Shown: positions 13,298 through 27,227, counted from the stretch's first letter. The stretch: 64,000 nucleotides of DNA from the human T2T-CHM13v2.0 reference genome, Homo sapiens (GCF_009914755.1 NC_060927.1); one strand, 5' to 3'. The notes: generated from the letters alone by a model not told the origin. Made by a program: numbers and translations.

Positions 13298-13627
13298 TGG
13301 AGAAATAAAATGTACTTTTGTTTTGTTATAATAATTTTAGGTGGTCTGGCTTGATGTTTTCTGGATGCAAGGCTATTCCTGCTATTGTCACATTCCTTGC
13401 CTACATCCTGGAGTGTTTTTTGATCCAATGCAAGACACCCCATGTTTCTACCACTTCCTCTTCTTTGTCTTTATTTTTATTACTGCACTAACACATCGTG
13501 GATATTCTCTTCCTTCTTGTAATTTTGGAAGCTTTAGGTTATTCTACTGAACACTGACCCCCTGAATCTGGAAATATTTTCTTGAATTATATAATTCAGA
13601 AATAAAACCTTTATGATTTGTGGTCCT

Positions 13628-14113
13628 TGTAAAAGAAAAATTGCACCAGATGGTACAGGCAAAAGAGAATGTATTCATTATTATTGCAACAGGGATCAAG
13701 ACTATGATCTCTCTTTTTAGAGAGAGAACTGAGCTCCACTGAATCGAAAAGCAGGAGACTCTTCAAGCACTGGGGTGAGCTAGTGGCAAAATTTTGGAGG
13801 ACATTATAGAGGAAATTGGGTGATGTGATTAGGCTCCATGTGCTTGCTAATTGGTGCTGTGGAAGTTAGGCTCCTATCCTCCCACAGAAATTGAGAGATA
13901 GGGGCTCTATTTTTCATGATGATTAGATTTCAAAGGGATGGCTCCCAGGTACCTAAGAAAGAGCTTCCTGGATTGTAAAAGTGGCAAGAGGCTAGGAGAT
14001 TTACATCTCAAAGGAGCATAAATGTTCTAAGTATAGGGAGGTGAGGAGCCTCTAGTCTGGAAGAAACCAGTGAAAAGTTTGGTCAAGCTGAGGGGAACAT
14101 TAAGGTCATCTTC
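13628..14113 (-). mobile_element. ERV1-type solo LTR (MER31/MER67-like)
   Basis: About 490 bp starting tgtaaaagaaaa, containing 'gagaactgagctccactga' and ending 'aagtttggtcaagctgagg'. Family assignment tentative. Confidence 0.5.
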
Positions 14114-14639
14114 CTTACCATTGCTCACCATTTAGTCTGGTACCTTATATTTTACAAAAGGGTATGTTGAGGTCTAAAGTAGTCACTTCCTGAAGAAAAC
14201 ACAGCTAGTAAGTGGCAGAACCAGAATTAAAACCCAGTATCCTTCCTCCTTGGGAAGTATCCTTCCTCCCTGGGAATGTTCCCTCTGCTCCAAGGGAATC
14301 TGCCTATGTCCTTCCCCTTCTGCCCTGTCCTTTCCTGGCTTTTCATTTTGTTTTGACTTGTGATCTCTTTTTCTATCTTTTGTCATGTTTCCCATTTTCT
14401 TTTTTCTGCTTTTCTCTTGAGGGTTCACCTGAGTCCCTCACCTAGCCACTTGGATGTCTTCTTTTTTCTCCTCCCTGTGGCTACCCCCTAGGGTTCAGCT
14501 TCAGTTTCTGAGCTTTCCACTGTGAGTAGCATGGAATTTAATCTAGTATCTCCTAGAACTTGGCACAGGCTTGGTCAGGGCCCTGGCCCCCGTCTGTGCC
14601 TTGCTTAAATGATAAGAAGATGAACATGACCTACAGGCT

Positions 14640-14845
14640 TAGAGAGCCATCTGTGGAGTCAAGTTGCCTGGGTTTGAGCTTGGATTCTGCCACAAACTGA
14701 GCTTTGGGAAATTTAACATATCTGAAGATCAGTTCTCATCTTCAAAATGAGGCTGCTGTAAAAGTTAGATTAGACAATTCTTATAGAGAAACTAGCACAG
14801 TGATTGTCACATATGCATACTGTATAAATATTTGTCATGGTTATC
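14640..14845 (+). mobile_element. MIR SINE
   Basis: 'ctgtggagtcaag..gcctgggtttga...ctgccac...ctcatcttcaaaatgagg' MIR core. Other weaker MIR remnants lie near 10.7, 11.0, 14.2, 16.0, 24.8, 37.5, 54.5, 61.1 and 61.9 kb. Confidence 0.65.
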
Positions 14846-16825
14846 ATTAAACCTCTGAAGAAAGGGAATCAGAAATACTTTTAACTCTCAGCCATTCTAA
14901 ATCTCAAAAGTTCTCAAATATCAATTTCATTTTTTAAAAAATCTTTGAACACTTCCAGTCCCTTGCCTTTTACTAGCATTTGTGTTTTATCACAAACTTT
15001 AGCAACACTGGCTGTGTGTGGAATATGGCTCTCCCTGGCCTTGGTGATTGATGTTTACATGCTGGTCAAAGCCAGTCAGAAGGGCCAGTTAGTAAATCCT
15101 GGCCATATGTTGATTGCTGAGCCATCCTTTTGAAGAGGTTTGACTTTATTTTCATCTTTGCATGTGCAGAGAATTTAAGCCAAATTTAGGTTTCCTTCCT
15201 TCCTTTAACCTGTGGAATCAAATCATTTACATTGTCTTCTCATTTCTCCTATTGATGCTGCTTTTTTTTTCCCTCAGGTAAGGGAAGGGTATAATGTTGT
15301 AAATCAGTGATTAATGGCCATCCTTCTAAAACCAAAATTAAATTACTCTTTGGATTGGATTGTGACACTTCAGTCTGTCTGCATCAACCCATCCCTCCTA
15401 ACACACACACTCATGCCATCACTGGCTTATAGCTCAAATCTGAGTTAGGACGTGCTCCCTTGGCCCCAACTCTTTTTCAGTGCCTAGCCCCTCAGTCTGG
15501 AGATGAGCTGAATCATGTTTGCATAACATTAAATACCTTGGTACAGGAGGTTTTGTTGTTGAATTGTTTACATTGTTGCTGTTGACTCTAGTGTCAAATG
15601 TGTAACGTAGCATCAAATTATACACAGCAGGTCCATAAACACACACTACAGTCTGCATTGGGAATATGACCACAGAGTCATAATTTCAGTGATATAGTCT
15701 CAAAACTATTATTAGCATTTTCAATATTCTTTTTACATTTTTTATTTTTTCTCCCCATGCCTTATTCGTAGCCCCATGAGCATTCTAAACCACTTAGATG
15801 GAGCATCCTGAATTGACATAAAACTATCACTATTAATAATCAAGTCATGGGGAAAGCAAGAGAAGATGCCCAACTGAGAACACTTGTGACAGGCCATGGT
15901 ATATGCATACGTACAATTTCAAGTGGCAATGTGGGGTCGTGATTAAAGCTTGAGCTATAGATCAGTCTGCACAGACCAAATTCCAGCTCTGCCATTATCT
16001 AGCTATATCTAGCTGACCTGAATTACCTAACTTCCTTTTACTTCAGTTTTCCTATCTGTAGAGGCAGTATTAGTCATCATTTAAGTGTTTATTCAAGTGC
16101 TTACGCATACTAAGTTGTCAATAAATATTATCATTCTTCTAAAGATTATCATGCTCTCCAATTGCCCCTCTTCTCTGCACTTACATGTTATGTTCCTATC
16201 ACTTATTTTAAAAGAACTCCAGTTTAATTTAAGGGCATATTGTAGAATCTTGAAAAGAGTGTTAGTGATGGATTATATATTTTGACTTTAATAATACATA
16301 AGAATGCATTTTTAATAACATAATCAATAGTGTAGGCTGATGATTTAATCAACCTCGTGTACTACATTCTTGCAACCTGTGATATTACACAAGTAATCTA
16401 TTAGTTTGAATTTGCAGTAATATAAATTTTACTTAGTGTGTTTTCTCTTGGCTTCTCTGGTTAATACCTAGTACCCAGAAGAGCTGTGGTTAAGGGTACT
16501 GGGGTTGCTTGTCTCTTGCTGTAGTGAAATGCCAGTGAGTGCCCAATGGATATATTGGGATATGTTTCTATTTTTATCCATAAATGGTGGGACAGAAGAG
16601 ATTGTTAGATTCACCTTAGGGGCTTCTGCACACTGTTCCTGTTACCTGTGTGTTTGAAAAATTCAGAATCCATAAACATCACGATTATTTTACTATTCTG
16701 TGTCATTTAAAGGATACTCAGTCATTATAAGGCCAAGCCCTCTTTGGTCCACCTCTTAGCTATATTGATAAGACTTCTTCAAATATGTAAAATTCAATGC
16801 AGTACCATAAACACTTAAATATATT

Positions 16826-16829
<4 letters not shown>

Positions 16830-16863
<34 letters not shown>
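16830..16863. repeat. (AAT)n microsatellite
   Basis: Seen directly. Confidence 0.9.
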
Positions 16864-16864
<1 letters not shown>

Positions 16865-16889
16865 CCCACCATCTATTTGATTCCTTGCC

Positions 16890-17191
<302 letters not shown>

Positions 17192-17951
17192 CATCCTTTT
17201 TTTTTTTTTTTTAAATCCTTAATATCTAAAGTTTCAACTTTACACACAAAAATAATAACATTCAATGGTTTAAAGTTGCCTCTGGTCAGATGGTTAGAAA
17301 AAGTCAGTGTCCTGATTCATCTTTGTCTCCCTGACACTCAATCACATTCTGCTAAACCATGCCACTCCTTAAAAGGGATCCTATTTGATTTTGAAATGTG
17401 TTTGCTCATATACACTATGATCCCAGGTCTTCTACTCACACATGAAGGTAAAAGATTATTTATGACTAGGCCCCTTCAGACTTCAGCTGTATAGGTGTCG
17501 GAGAACCAGTACTTCAGAACCATGCACATGAACTTCACATCATAGGGCTCTTCCTTAAGCTGCAGTCTCTTTAACCACAATCCCTGTCATTTTATTCATA
17601 TTTTTCAGCTTAGTAAGACATTTCCATGGTACTAACTACTTGGGGATATAGGAGGGATTTTTCAGGTACTGAGTTCAGAGCTTTAGGGTACCCTTTACCA
17701 GTTTATCACCCTAGTAGTTTGTGAAAAGGCTGAGAGAAAGTTCTCATTCTTAATTCCTCTTTTCCCAGAAAATTGACACACTTGAAAAATAAGTAGCAAA
17801 TATTTCAATAAAATATGAGGCCAAAATATGAGAGGGGCATTAGTTAATCTCATCCTACAGCATGCGTCTCAAATTCTTTAATGATGTGTCGCAGAAAAGT
17901 GAGCATTTAGACTCAGATTGGTGCTTTCTCTCATCTCTGTGTGTTCAATGA

Positions 17952-18320
<369 letters not shown>

Positions 18321-18977
18321 TAGTTGCATGAACTGTTATGAAGCATTTTTGTTTAGAAAGAGCAGATTTACAGCAGTATCTATAACTCTATATTTATATC
18401 TTCATATCAATATCTATATTGATGTATAGATATAGATATTTCCAGAAGCATCCACTTTTCTGTCTTTTTTCTTTTACTATGGTGTCTCTCATGCATGCTT
18501 AAGAGCTAAGACGAGAGAAAATGGTGTGATGAGTTGGGATATACTAATTAAAACTTTGTGTTTGTCAATCTAAATCCCCAGTTAGCTTGTATTATGTCAA
18601 AAGTGTTTTTGCATCCAAGGATCTTTCTGGAATTGAAGTATCAGTTGAGACATATAGTGACCATTAACTCTAGAAGTTGCTTTTTAACCTTAGAATTTCA
18701 GCCAGCTCCTATGAAAGGAATAAGAAACAGCAGTGGCGAAGAGAATAGAGAGAGAAAATTATTATGTATTTTAGAAATGTCAGGCTTAGACTGATTTTGG
18801 TGGGGTTTAGAAAATTGTTCATTTTATGATTACAGTTTCTTCTGTGATGAATGGCCATTGGTTCTTTAATTTTGCATTTTTCTAGTGGGTCAGTTGACTT
18901 CCACATTGATTTCAAAAGACTGAGGGCACTGAGATTCTAACATCAGCCAATGAACTCAGGAACATCTGCCAATTTGC

Positions 18978-19207
18978 AGGGGAAACTTCTCAACCCGGGG
19001 CATTTTTGTCTCTGGCCCCAAGGCCATTCCGCAATATCTGGAGACATTTTGATTATTATGACCTGGGGAGAAGAGGGCTGCTATTGACACCCAGTAGGTA
19101 GAGTACAGAAATGCTGCTAAACATCCCCCAAGGCCTAGGACAGACTTCCACAGCAGAAGATTATCCGGAACAAAATGTTGGTGGTACCATGGTTGAGAAT
19201 CCCCGGC
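18978..19207. mobile_element. MER20 DNA transposon remnant
   Basis: 'ttctcaacccgggg...gcaatatctggagacatttttgatt...gctgctaaacatcc...ggttgagaa' matches the MER20 pattern. Confidence 0.85.
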
Positions 19208-20667
19208 TTAGAAAGCTTGACATTGACTAGTCACTTCTTAAGATGTCTTTATTAGAGACTGGCAATAAATGGAGTTGTCTTGAAAGAGATCTGAAGTTTG
19301 GTTTCGATCCTTCCAGACTATTTCTTCAATTAGCTAAACTCAAAAATGCAAAACTGGATAAGTATCTCATAAAAATTATCTGACTCAATCTTCTCACAAA
19401 TGTAATGCTACTAGTAATTAGGAAATTCAGAGAAATATGAGAACTGTAGTAAAATAGTTACTTGAATAATTGCCACATTTTCATAAAACATATGGCACAT
19501 TCCCAAGTCATGGTGTTTGATTGAGACATATTGAAAATGCCATAAGCTTGAGGGAAGAAAGGCATAATCATTTTATTGAAAACCGTTTGAAAGCTTCAGA
19601 TTAGATATTTCTAAGGAGGATTTTTAGATTGCTTTTATTTTATCTGGATTATTGTAAGCACTATAAAGAAAATCAAAAGAACACTAGGATCATATTCTTT
19701 ACTTTGGGCACTAATCAAAGTACTGTCTGACTTTGTTGGCTTAAATTCTTTCACTTTTAATTGAGATAGAGGGCTTGCAGAAAAGAGAACATTTTAACCA
19801 CTTGTTTTGAGTGGTTTGTTTTAAGCAAAATTACAGAGTGTTTTGAAAAAGCTCAACAGAGTATTTTTAGGGTACAATGCAGGAATATTATTTGTAATGA
19901 CAGCATAGTTGTGCATGTGTATGTGTATATTATCATCTATAATCTTGTTTGTAGAAAAAAGAAACAGAATGTTGTTTGATGCCAAGTCCCAATTCTTTTT
20001 CATTGGACCGAGTCATTTAGAGCTGTTATCAAAATATCTCTTTTGTAAAAGGATCCCAGCTAAGGAAAAGGATTTAATAACACTGTTGAACAGCTTCTCC
20101 ATACATATTTTTCTGATCTGACAAATGCTAAATTTAAAATATCCTAAACCAAAAGGAAATGTATGCATATATTGTATACTATACAATGAGATGCAGGGTG
20201 AATTATGTTTCTTCTTTTCTAGAATATATTTATTTTGTAAATTGAAAAATATGCACATGTATGTGTATGTACATATATGCATTATATATAATGCATGTTA
20301 TATATATATAGGTCTATCTTTAGTATATGTATGTGTGTGATGTACGTGTATCTACCTATCAAATTTCTTATATGACTTTTACTGTTGAAGCTAAAGGTTT
20401 GCCTCCTCTGGGCTGGAACTCATCTTTTTCTGTCATTGCTGTGAATCTAGAAACTACACCTCTCACCCTTTTTAAAGTATCTTTCTGCCAAGTACACAAC
20501 AGAAATACTTGGGTGTTAGGAACCAAGATTGTATGACTATTTTGCTTCTCATTTGAACTGCCCTTGGGCTCATTTCCTTTTTACAACCATACTTAGAAGC
20601 TGTTGTGCAGAGGAGCCATACTTAGTTATTTTATTTTATTTGTTGCTTCTCCAGAATGGATAAAAAA

Positions 20668-22025
20668 GTCTTAGGCACTGTACTGGTGCTCAATAATTAC
20701 ATCATTATTGAAGGAATATCTACTACCCATTATATATGTGGGATGGATAATGGAGCAGTTTTTCAGCTAATGTCATATATTTGGAATGTCGTTCATGTGC
20801 AAAATTATAATTGATAAAACATCTGTTTTAAGCAAGAATAAGACAAGTAATGATTTAAAAATACTAAGGTATCTGCCAATCATGTGCCTACTAAATGAAA
20901 AAAAAATGAAACTTCCTTTGTCAGCACAATTGACTTGGCTCTTACTAAGTACTAAATATTTGGCACACTGAAATCAACCTACTCACATATACCCTTGCAG
21001 TTTCCCCAATATAACCATAACTTTTAATTTTGTCTGGCCTCAGACTCAGCTTTCAACAGGTCCATTTCTAACTTAGGACCTCTTGCCTGTTCTTTCTTTG
21101 CTTTTCAGGCATCTGGATGAGTGAGGTGTCACGGAGGCTGTTTTTCAAAGTTGTCCCTGTATAACATTTTCATTCTTCCAAGGCAAGCCTGGAATCTTGG
21201 GTTTGATCTTCCTCTGGTTGTCTTGGACCTAGCCTCCTTTTGGAAATTTTTAGCAGAAAGCTCAGCTTTGTTGGGCTATTTTACTTCAACTCAGTGCAAT
21301 CCAGAAATGTCAACAGGCATTGGCATCCCTCAAAAACTTGTTAATGTTCATATATGTTATTTTGATATTTTTCTTGGCCATTATCTGGTGCAAGTTCAAG
21401 ACTGTGTTATATAAAGTCATGCCATTTGCAGTGACTTCACTTTGAGGAGCCTTTTAGAGCTGTTCTCTTTCAAATGCTTCTGATGGACTTCCATAATTCT
21501 ATATTTTTATTTTTATCAGGACTTCTAGCATCTATTAATCCAAACTGCTTACACTTTTTTTTTATTAAATGAATCATGAATTTTGTGTTCTGTCTATAAA
21601 TGTATCTTTGCAAGGTCTAAGTTAATCCTTGTCTATCCATAATCAGTAGCTCCCTTATAATTTAACTATCATCTTCTAAAGACTAGGAAAAGAAAATCTC
21701 TTTCTCTCACCCCTTCTCTCTCTTTTTAAATAATTACCTTTCTTGACAGAAGGGTAAATTCAGAAATGCTTTGGTGTTCAAAACCAAGAGCGCATGATTA
21801 CTTCACTTCTTGTGTGAATTGCCCTTTAGTTCATTTCTTTGTGAGGAGGGTCCATGCTTATTTTTTATTTGCTTTTTTTTTTTTCCTTTCCTGAGATTGA
21901 TGGCAAGGTCTTAGGCACTGTGCAGGTGCTCAATAATTACATTATTATTGAAATAATATCTACTACCCATTATGCATGTTGATGTGGATAGTAAAGCAGT
22001 TTTTCACCTAATGTCATATATTGGA
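20668..22025 (+). repeat. Dispersed direct duplication, about 118-bp core (20668-20785 and 21908-22025)
   Basis: Both copies read gtcttaggcactgt...gtgctcaataattacat.attattgaa..aatatctactacccattat...gcagttttt...ctaatgtcatata.ttgga. Confidence 0.9.
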
Positions 22026-23793
22026 GAGAAATGAGCATTCTGCATTTAATCCTTTTCTCTGCGCCTGCTCTGCATTCAAAGTGCCCCGGCTTATTTCTGT
22101 CATTGCACTCTCTTCACCTATGCCAGCACCCATGCCAAGGCCTGCTGAGCGTGCTTGTGCAGTTTCTGACGTGAAAACCTCCTCTAGGCTAACTAGGCCG
22201 AGGGCCAGCCAGTCCGTTTTTCCTCTTTAGTCTTCGGCAGCTGTCATTCAAACTAATTGCTTGTATTCAGTGTAATTGCATCTGGATTGGTAGAAATCAT
22301 GGAATATAGAGAGGCTGTCATTGCCTGAATTGAAAACCAATCGTCACCTATCCCGGGTCTCTTAGGAAATTGCTTTTGTTCTGTTCTCTAGCATCCATCT
22401 TCTTTTATGTTTCTCAGTTCTTTCCATCTCCCCTTGGTGAGCATAAAAATCAATTTTTTGTACTCCCTTCTCTTTCCAGAAGAACCTGCCATCTCTCTCT
22501 ACTTAAGCAAATCCTTAGTGCTTTTTCTGTGCAATTATTTAGAAACATCTCCTTCTTCTAGCCCACAGCATATTAATCATATTTCAAATGGAGGACCTAG
22601 AATTTATCAAAAGACACATGAATATTTTGGGATTATGTTTTAAAATTCTAGTTATGATCAGTTTTTCATACTTCCTTAGTTTTCATTGGGGTAAATCAAA
22701 AGCCATACAGAAATATAGTAAAAATCCTTTCTTTTTCCTTTCCATTGTGCATGTACATGTGTATGTGCGTATGTGTGTGTGGCTGTGTGTGTGCACAGCA
22801 TGAGACTTATTTTGAAATAATTCCAGATGGAGTCGTATGCCTGTCTCTCTGATTTTTTAACAAAAGTTAAGTACTTACAATTTTTATCTTGTCTTTTTAA
22901 AATATAGAACAAATGAAACACAAGAAAATTAAAGATTAGAACACTAAATGGACTTACACATTTTTTAATATTGAGCTTTTAAAAATCATTTTCCAAATTG
23001 CTGATTTGGGAGGAAAAATGGGTTGCAGTTTTGAAGCTAGAAGAAAGTTATTTTTCAAAAAGAATATTCATTTAAAACAATAAAATGCATCTACGTGATA
23101 GGAAAACAAGTGCCTGGAAAATGAAGAACATAGAAAAAAGAGAGAGCAAGACCAAACAGTTGATTTTGTCACTGTTTTGCAAATATAATTCTGGCACATT
23201 TGCTTCCCCATCACAGCACATTATTGTTGGTTATGAAACAGATCAGAATTTAGATATGTTTCTGAATATGCAACATTCAAAGTTTCTTGTTACTAACACA
23301 CAAATATATTTGCACTCAAAATTTGTGGTAATAATGGGAAATACTAACCTCTGGTTGCCATTCGTAAGTGAGCTGAAGTTAAGGCTTTTGCTCTCTACGA
23401 GTGAGCATGTTGTTTGGCCTTACTACAATCTCAGCATTTTCCTCCCCAACCTGCTCCATTTTACTTTCCTAATTTATTGAGCTATACAATATATAGGCGA
23501 AGTGCATGACCTGCACACATCTGAAGTCCAGACCTTAATAAATTTTTGCGTATATGAAAATCAGTGTGACTTCACTCAGAATGAGACCTAGAGTATATCT
23601 AGTCTTCCTATCAGTTTCCTCAGGCTCTCCCAGAAGTACTGATTTCCTTTATTTAGAATATTCACTTAGCTAATTAGCTTAGTTCCCATGTTATAACAGT
23701 CTGTTCTTGTATGAATATCGTATGTACTTTTTTTCACTAGAATGTCTCGTTTTCTCTGGGTCAGTTTTTAAATTCTTTACCTGTCTGTCTTCC

Positions 23794-24162
<369 letters not shown>

Positions 24163-25851
24163 TAAGGCTGTTGTTCTTTCCTCTGCCATCACACGCTTCT
24201 TACCCTGGATAAGAATGCTCATGCAAGCCTTATGTATCAGAACAATGTATGGACTGAGATGCTTTAGAACATGTGCTAGGGCAGAGCTCAGCATGCTGCC
24301 TCCACCATCTCCCTTATGCCAAGATAAGGAGGACTTTCCACTGAAATATCAACCCCATCCTGGGAGCCCCATTCTCTCTAAGTATTTTGCTCAGGTTCCT
24401 AGAGAATATTTCTGTGACTTCAACTTGTGAACAAATATTCCCACTGCTCCTTTTCCAATAGGGTTACAGGATTTACTGAAAAGGGAAGAAAAGACTCACA
24501 AGTAGTTCAATGAACAGTTTGCCTATCCATTCCCTCATGTTCTGATGCTTCTCATTATTTATCTGCCAATACTGGGTGTTACTTCACCTTGAAACATGTC
24601 CTTCACCTCACCTGACTTCTCATTCATTGATTAATAATTTTCAGTTACGACACATTTTTTTTCATCGTTACCCAGTTGTTCCATGTACTCATTATGTAAA
24701 ATTGGATAATTCACTTCAGTTATTTGGCATAATGGAAAGTGAATAGACTTTGAAGTCTTACTGACCAGGGTCATTTTCTAGTTCTCTCACTTACTGTTTT
24801 TTTATATTTCTGAATAGGTTGCTTGGTCCCCCTGACTCCTAATTTCTTTAGAGTGGAAATGAGAATATACCTCTGCAGGTTGTTAGGAGAGCTAAGATCA
24901 TACATGTAAGGTGCCTGTTACTGTGCTTGCCACATAGAAAATCGGTTTGTTCTCTCCTTTATGCCCCCACACCCGCTCCTTGACTGCACTTTGCTCTTCT
25001 CCTTTCAGCTTTTTATTCCCATAATTTTTCCAGGAATGGAGCTTCATTTTCTCTTCTGAAAAACAGAGAAATGATACCTTTCTTCCTCACAGGAATTGTG
25101 ATGAGGCTCAAATGATGCTATTTTGTAAACTATAAAATACTCCTCAAAGACAAAGCAATACTATGACGAATAGCAGTATTAATAATAGTAAACCATGCCA
25201 TTATTTCATAAGGCAAAAGAATATATATTAGCTTTTCCATTACAAGATGATTCTGTGATGTACTACTTTTAAAATCTAAAACCCCGGGTATCCTTGCTTA
25301 TGTCTATTTCGAGAAATGAGTGAATGGATATGTTATGTTCCATTGTATATTTATTGGAAGAACTGATAATGATTCTGAATTGGTGACAAGGCTTAGTAGC
25401 AGCAAAATAAATGTATTGGTAAATAACTTGTGACTGAATGTAGCTGGAGGTGTGTAACTGGAAAGCAGCCGTTATCCTTCAGTGTATGTTATCTCACTAA
25501 TGGCTGTGAGGTGCAGTGCAGCAAAACATCTAGCTTTGTGAAGATTGCTTCTCCACAGGTCTCTCTACTGGGTACCTCCGTCCACAGATACATTTAGCTT
25601 TGGCAAAGCTCCCTGAAGGGGGTCGATTTATTTGCTGCTTCTTAAATTGCTATGGGCTCCCACTGTCACCTAGCTTAAGCGATGGGTCACAAACAGTAAG
25701 GTCTTCACATTGGTGAAGGTTTTGGGGTCTTAGATTTCCACTGCCCTGCCCCTTTACTTTAGGTTACTTTTTGAGTATCTAACAGAGTGGTTCTTCATGT
25801 CAAAGGAGAGATTGAGAAGCTTACCTGGACTAAGTTCTGATTCCATTGCAG

Positions 25852-26036
25852 GCCAGCCCTTTGTGAATCCCGATGGAACTCCTGCAATATACAACCCACC
25901 CACCAGTCAGCAGCCCCTGCGAAGCGCCATGGTGGGGCAGTCCCAACAGCAGCCGCCACAGCAGCAGCCCTCCCCGCAGCCCCAACAGCAGGTCCAGCCA
26001 CCGCAGCCACAGATGGCAGGCCCTCTGGTCACTCAG
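25852..26036 (+). CDS. ARPP21: ARPP21 coding exon, 185 nt, GQPFVNPDGTPAIYNPP...QMAGPLVTQ, phase 1 to 0
   Basis: Acceptor ttccattgcag|GC, donor ACTCAG|gtaggg. Contains the QPF.NPDG family motif and a P/Q-rich tract. Confidence 0.97.
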
Positions 26037-26887
26037 GTAGGGGGCTGGTTGGAAGGCAGGGAAGGGAAGTACCCTGAGATGAAGGCTACATAGTCCTCAG
26101 AGCAGCAGAGAATCAGGGAGAAGCGTATATTTTACACTCAAGCCTCACAAATAAAACCTGGCAGCATAGAGTTCTTTGCAGATTGACAGGATTTTATCTG
26201 AATCCTTAAGTTTAGATAGAGGTGAGTGCCCCATGCAGTAACTTGCAAGTTGAAGGCATGAAAGTAGGGAGAATAAATGATTTTTTCTTAGGTCTAAATG
26301 CCCTTTTTTTAAATGTATGGAGGAGGCTCTCTCAGAGACTGAACTCTAGGTCTTTGCGTCACCTTCCTCCCCCATTCCCGTCACAGATCAAATGCTCATG
26401 TCTGCAAAGAGTCAATACTGAATTCTTCATCAATGGGAAGAACAGAAATCAGTCAATTCCAGGGAGGACTGGCTGTTCCTACATACTCCTCTTAGAGAGA
26501 TGCGGAGCTGCCCTCCTTTGCTGGGAAGACACAGATGCGTCCATAGAAACCTGAAGTGTTTCTGGTAGGCTGCTAGAGTGAAACTCATTTTAAATTCTTG
26601 ATATTACTTATTTGTTTTGGGGCAGTATTTTCAGACCCAGAGGATCTAACCAACAATATCAAACGTACATCAGTAACTTCTTAAAGAAATAATCACTAAG
26701 TGCAAATGAGCCTCTCTCAAATGTGTCTGGCTCTGGTCTTTCAGAGCCTTGACTTTCCTTTGGTGGCTAGTTCCCCTCTCTGGAGTGCACTGAACCTAGA
26801 GAGCCTATGAAGGACAGTGGTGTGCATCTTGTGAGATTTCAACCCCAGTGCTTTTCTGTCAGCTGATCAATTTTTTCTTTCCTCCAG

Positions 26888-26992
26888 TCTGTCCAGGGGC
26901 TGCAGGCTTCCTCCCAGTCAGTGCAATATCCGGCAGTCTCTTTTCCTCCCCAGCACCTCCTACCTGTGTCTCCAACGCAGCACTTTCCCATG
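26888..26992 (+). CDS. ARPP21: ARPP21 coding exon, 105 nt, SVQGLQASSQSVQYPAVSFPPQHLLPVSPTQHFPM, phase 0 to 0
   Basis: Acceptor ttttttctttcctccag|TCT, donor ATG|gtactg. 35 codons without a stop, matching ARPP21 as recalled. Confidence 0.93.
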
Positions 26993-27227
26993 GTACTGTA
27001 TTATGTGTATATGACTTTTTCCCCTAGGAAAGCATATTCTCTGATTTTACTACTTTTTTGTGTGCCACTGGCTGACACTGGGGTGGGTGCCCTGGGCTGA
27101 CTGTGAGGGGGTATGTGCGAATGTCTCATTTCTGAACATTACAGCCCATCTCTGCAAAACAATGGTTTCCTTTCTGTCATCTGTCTGTCCCATGCTGAGT
27201 GCTTCTGTGGTCTGTTACCCTTTTCAG

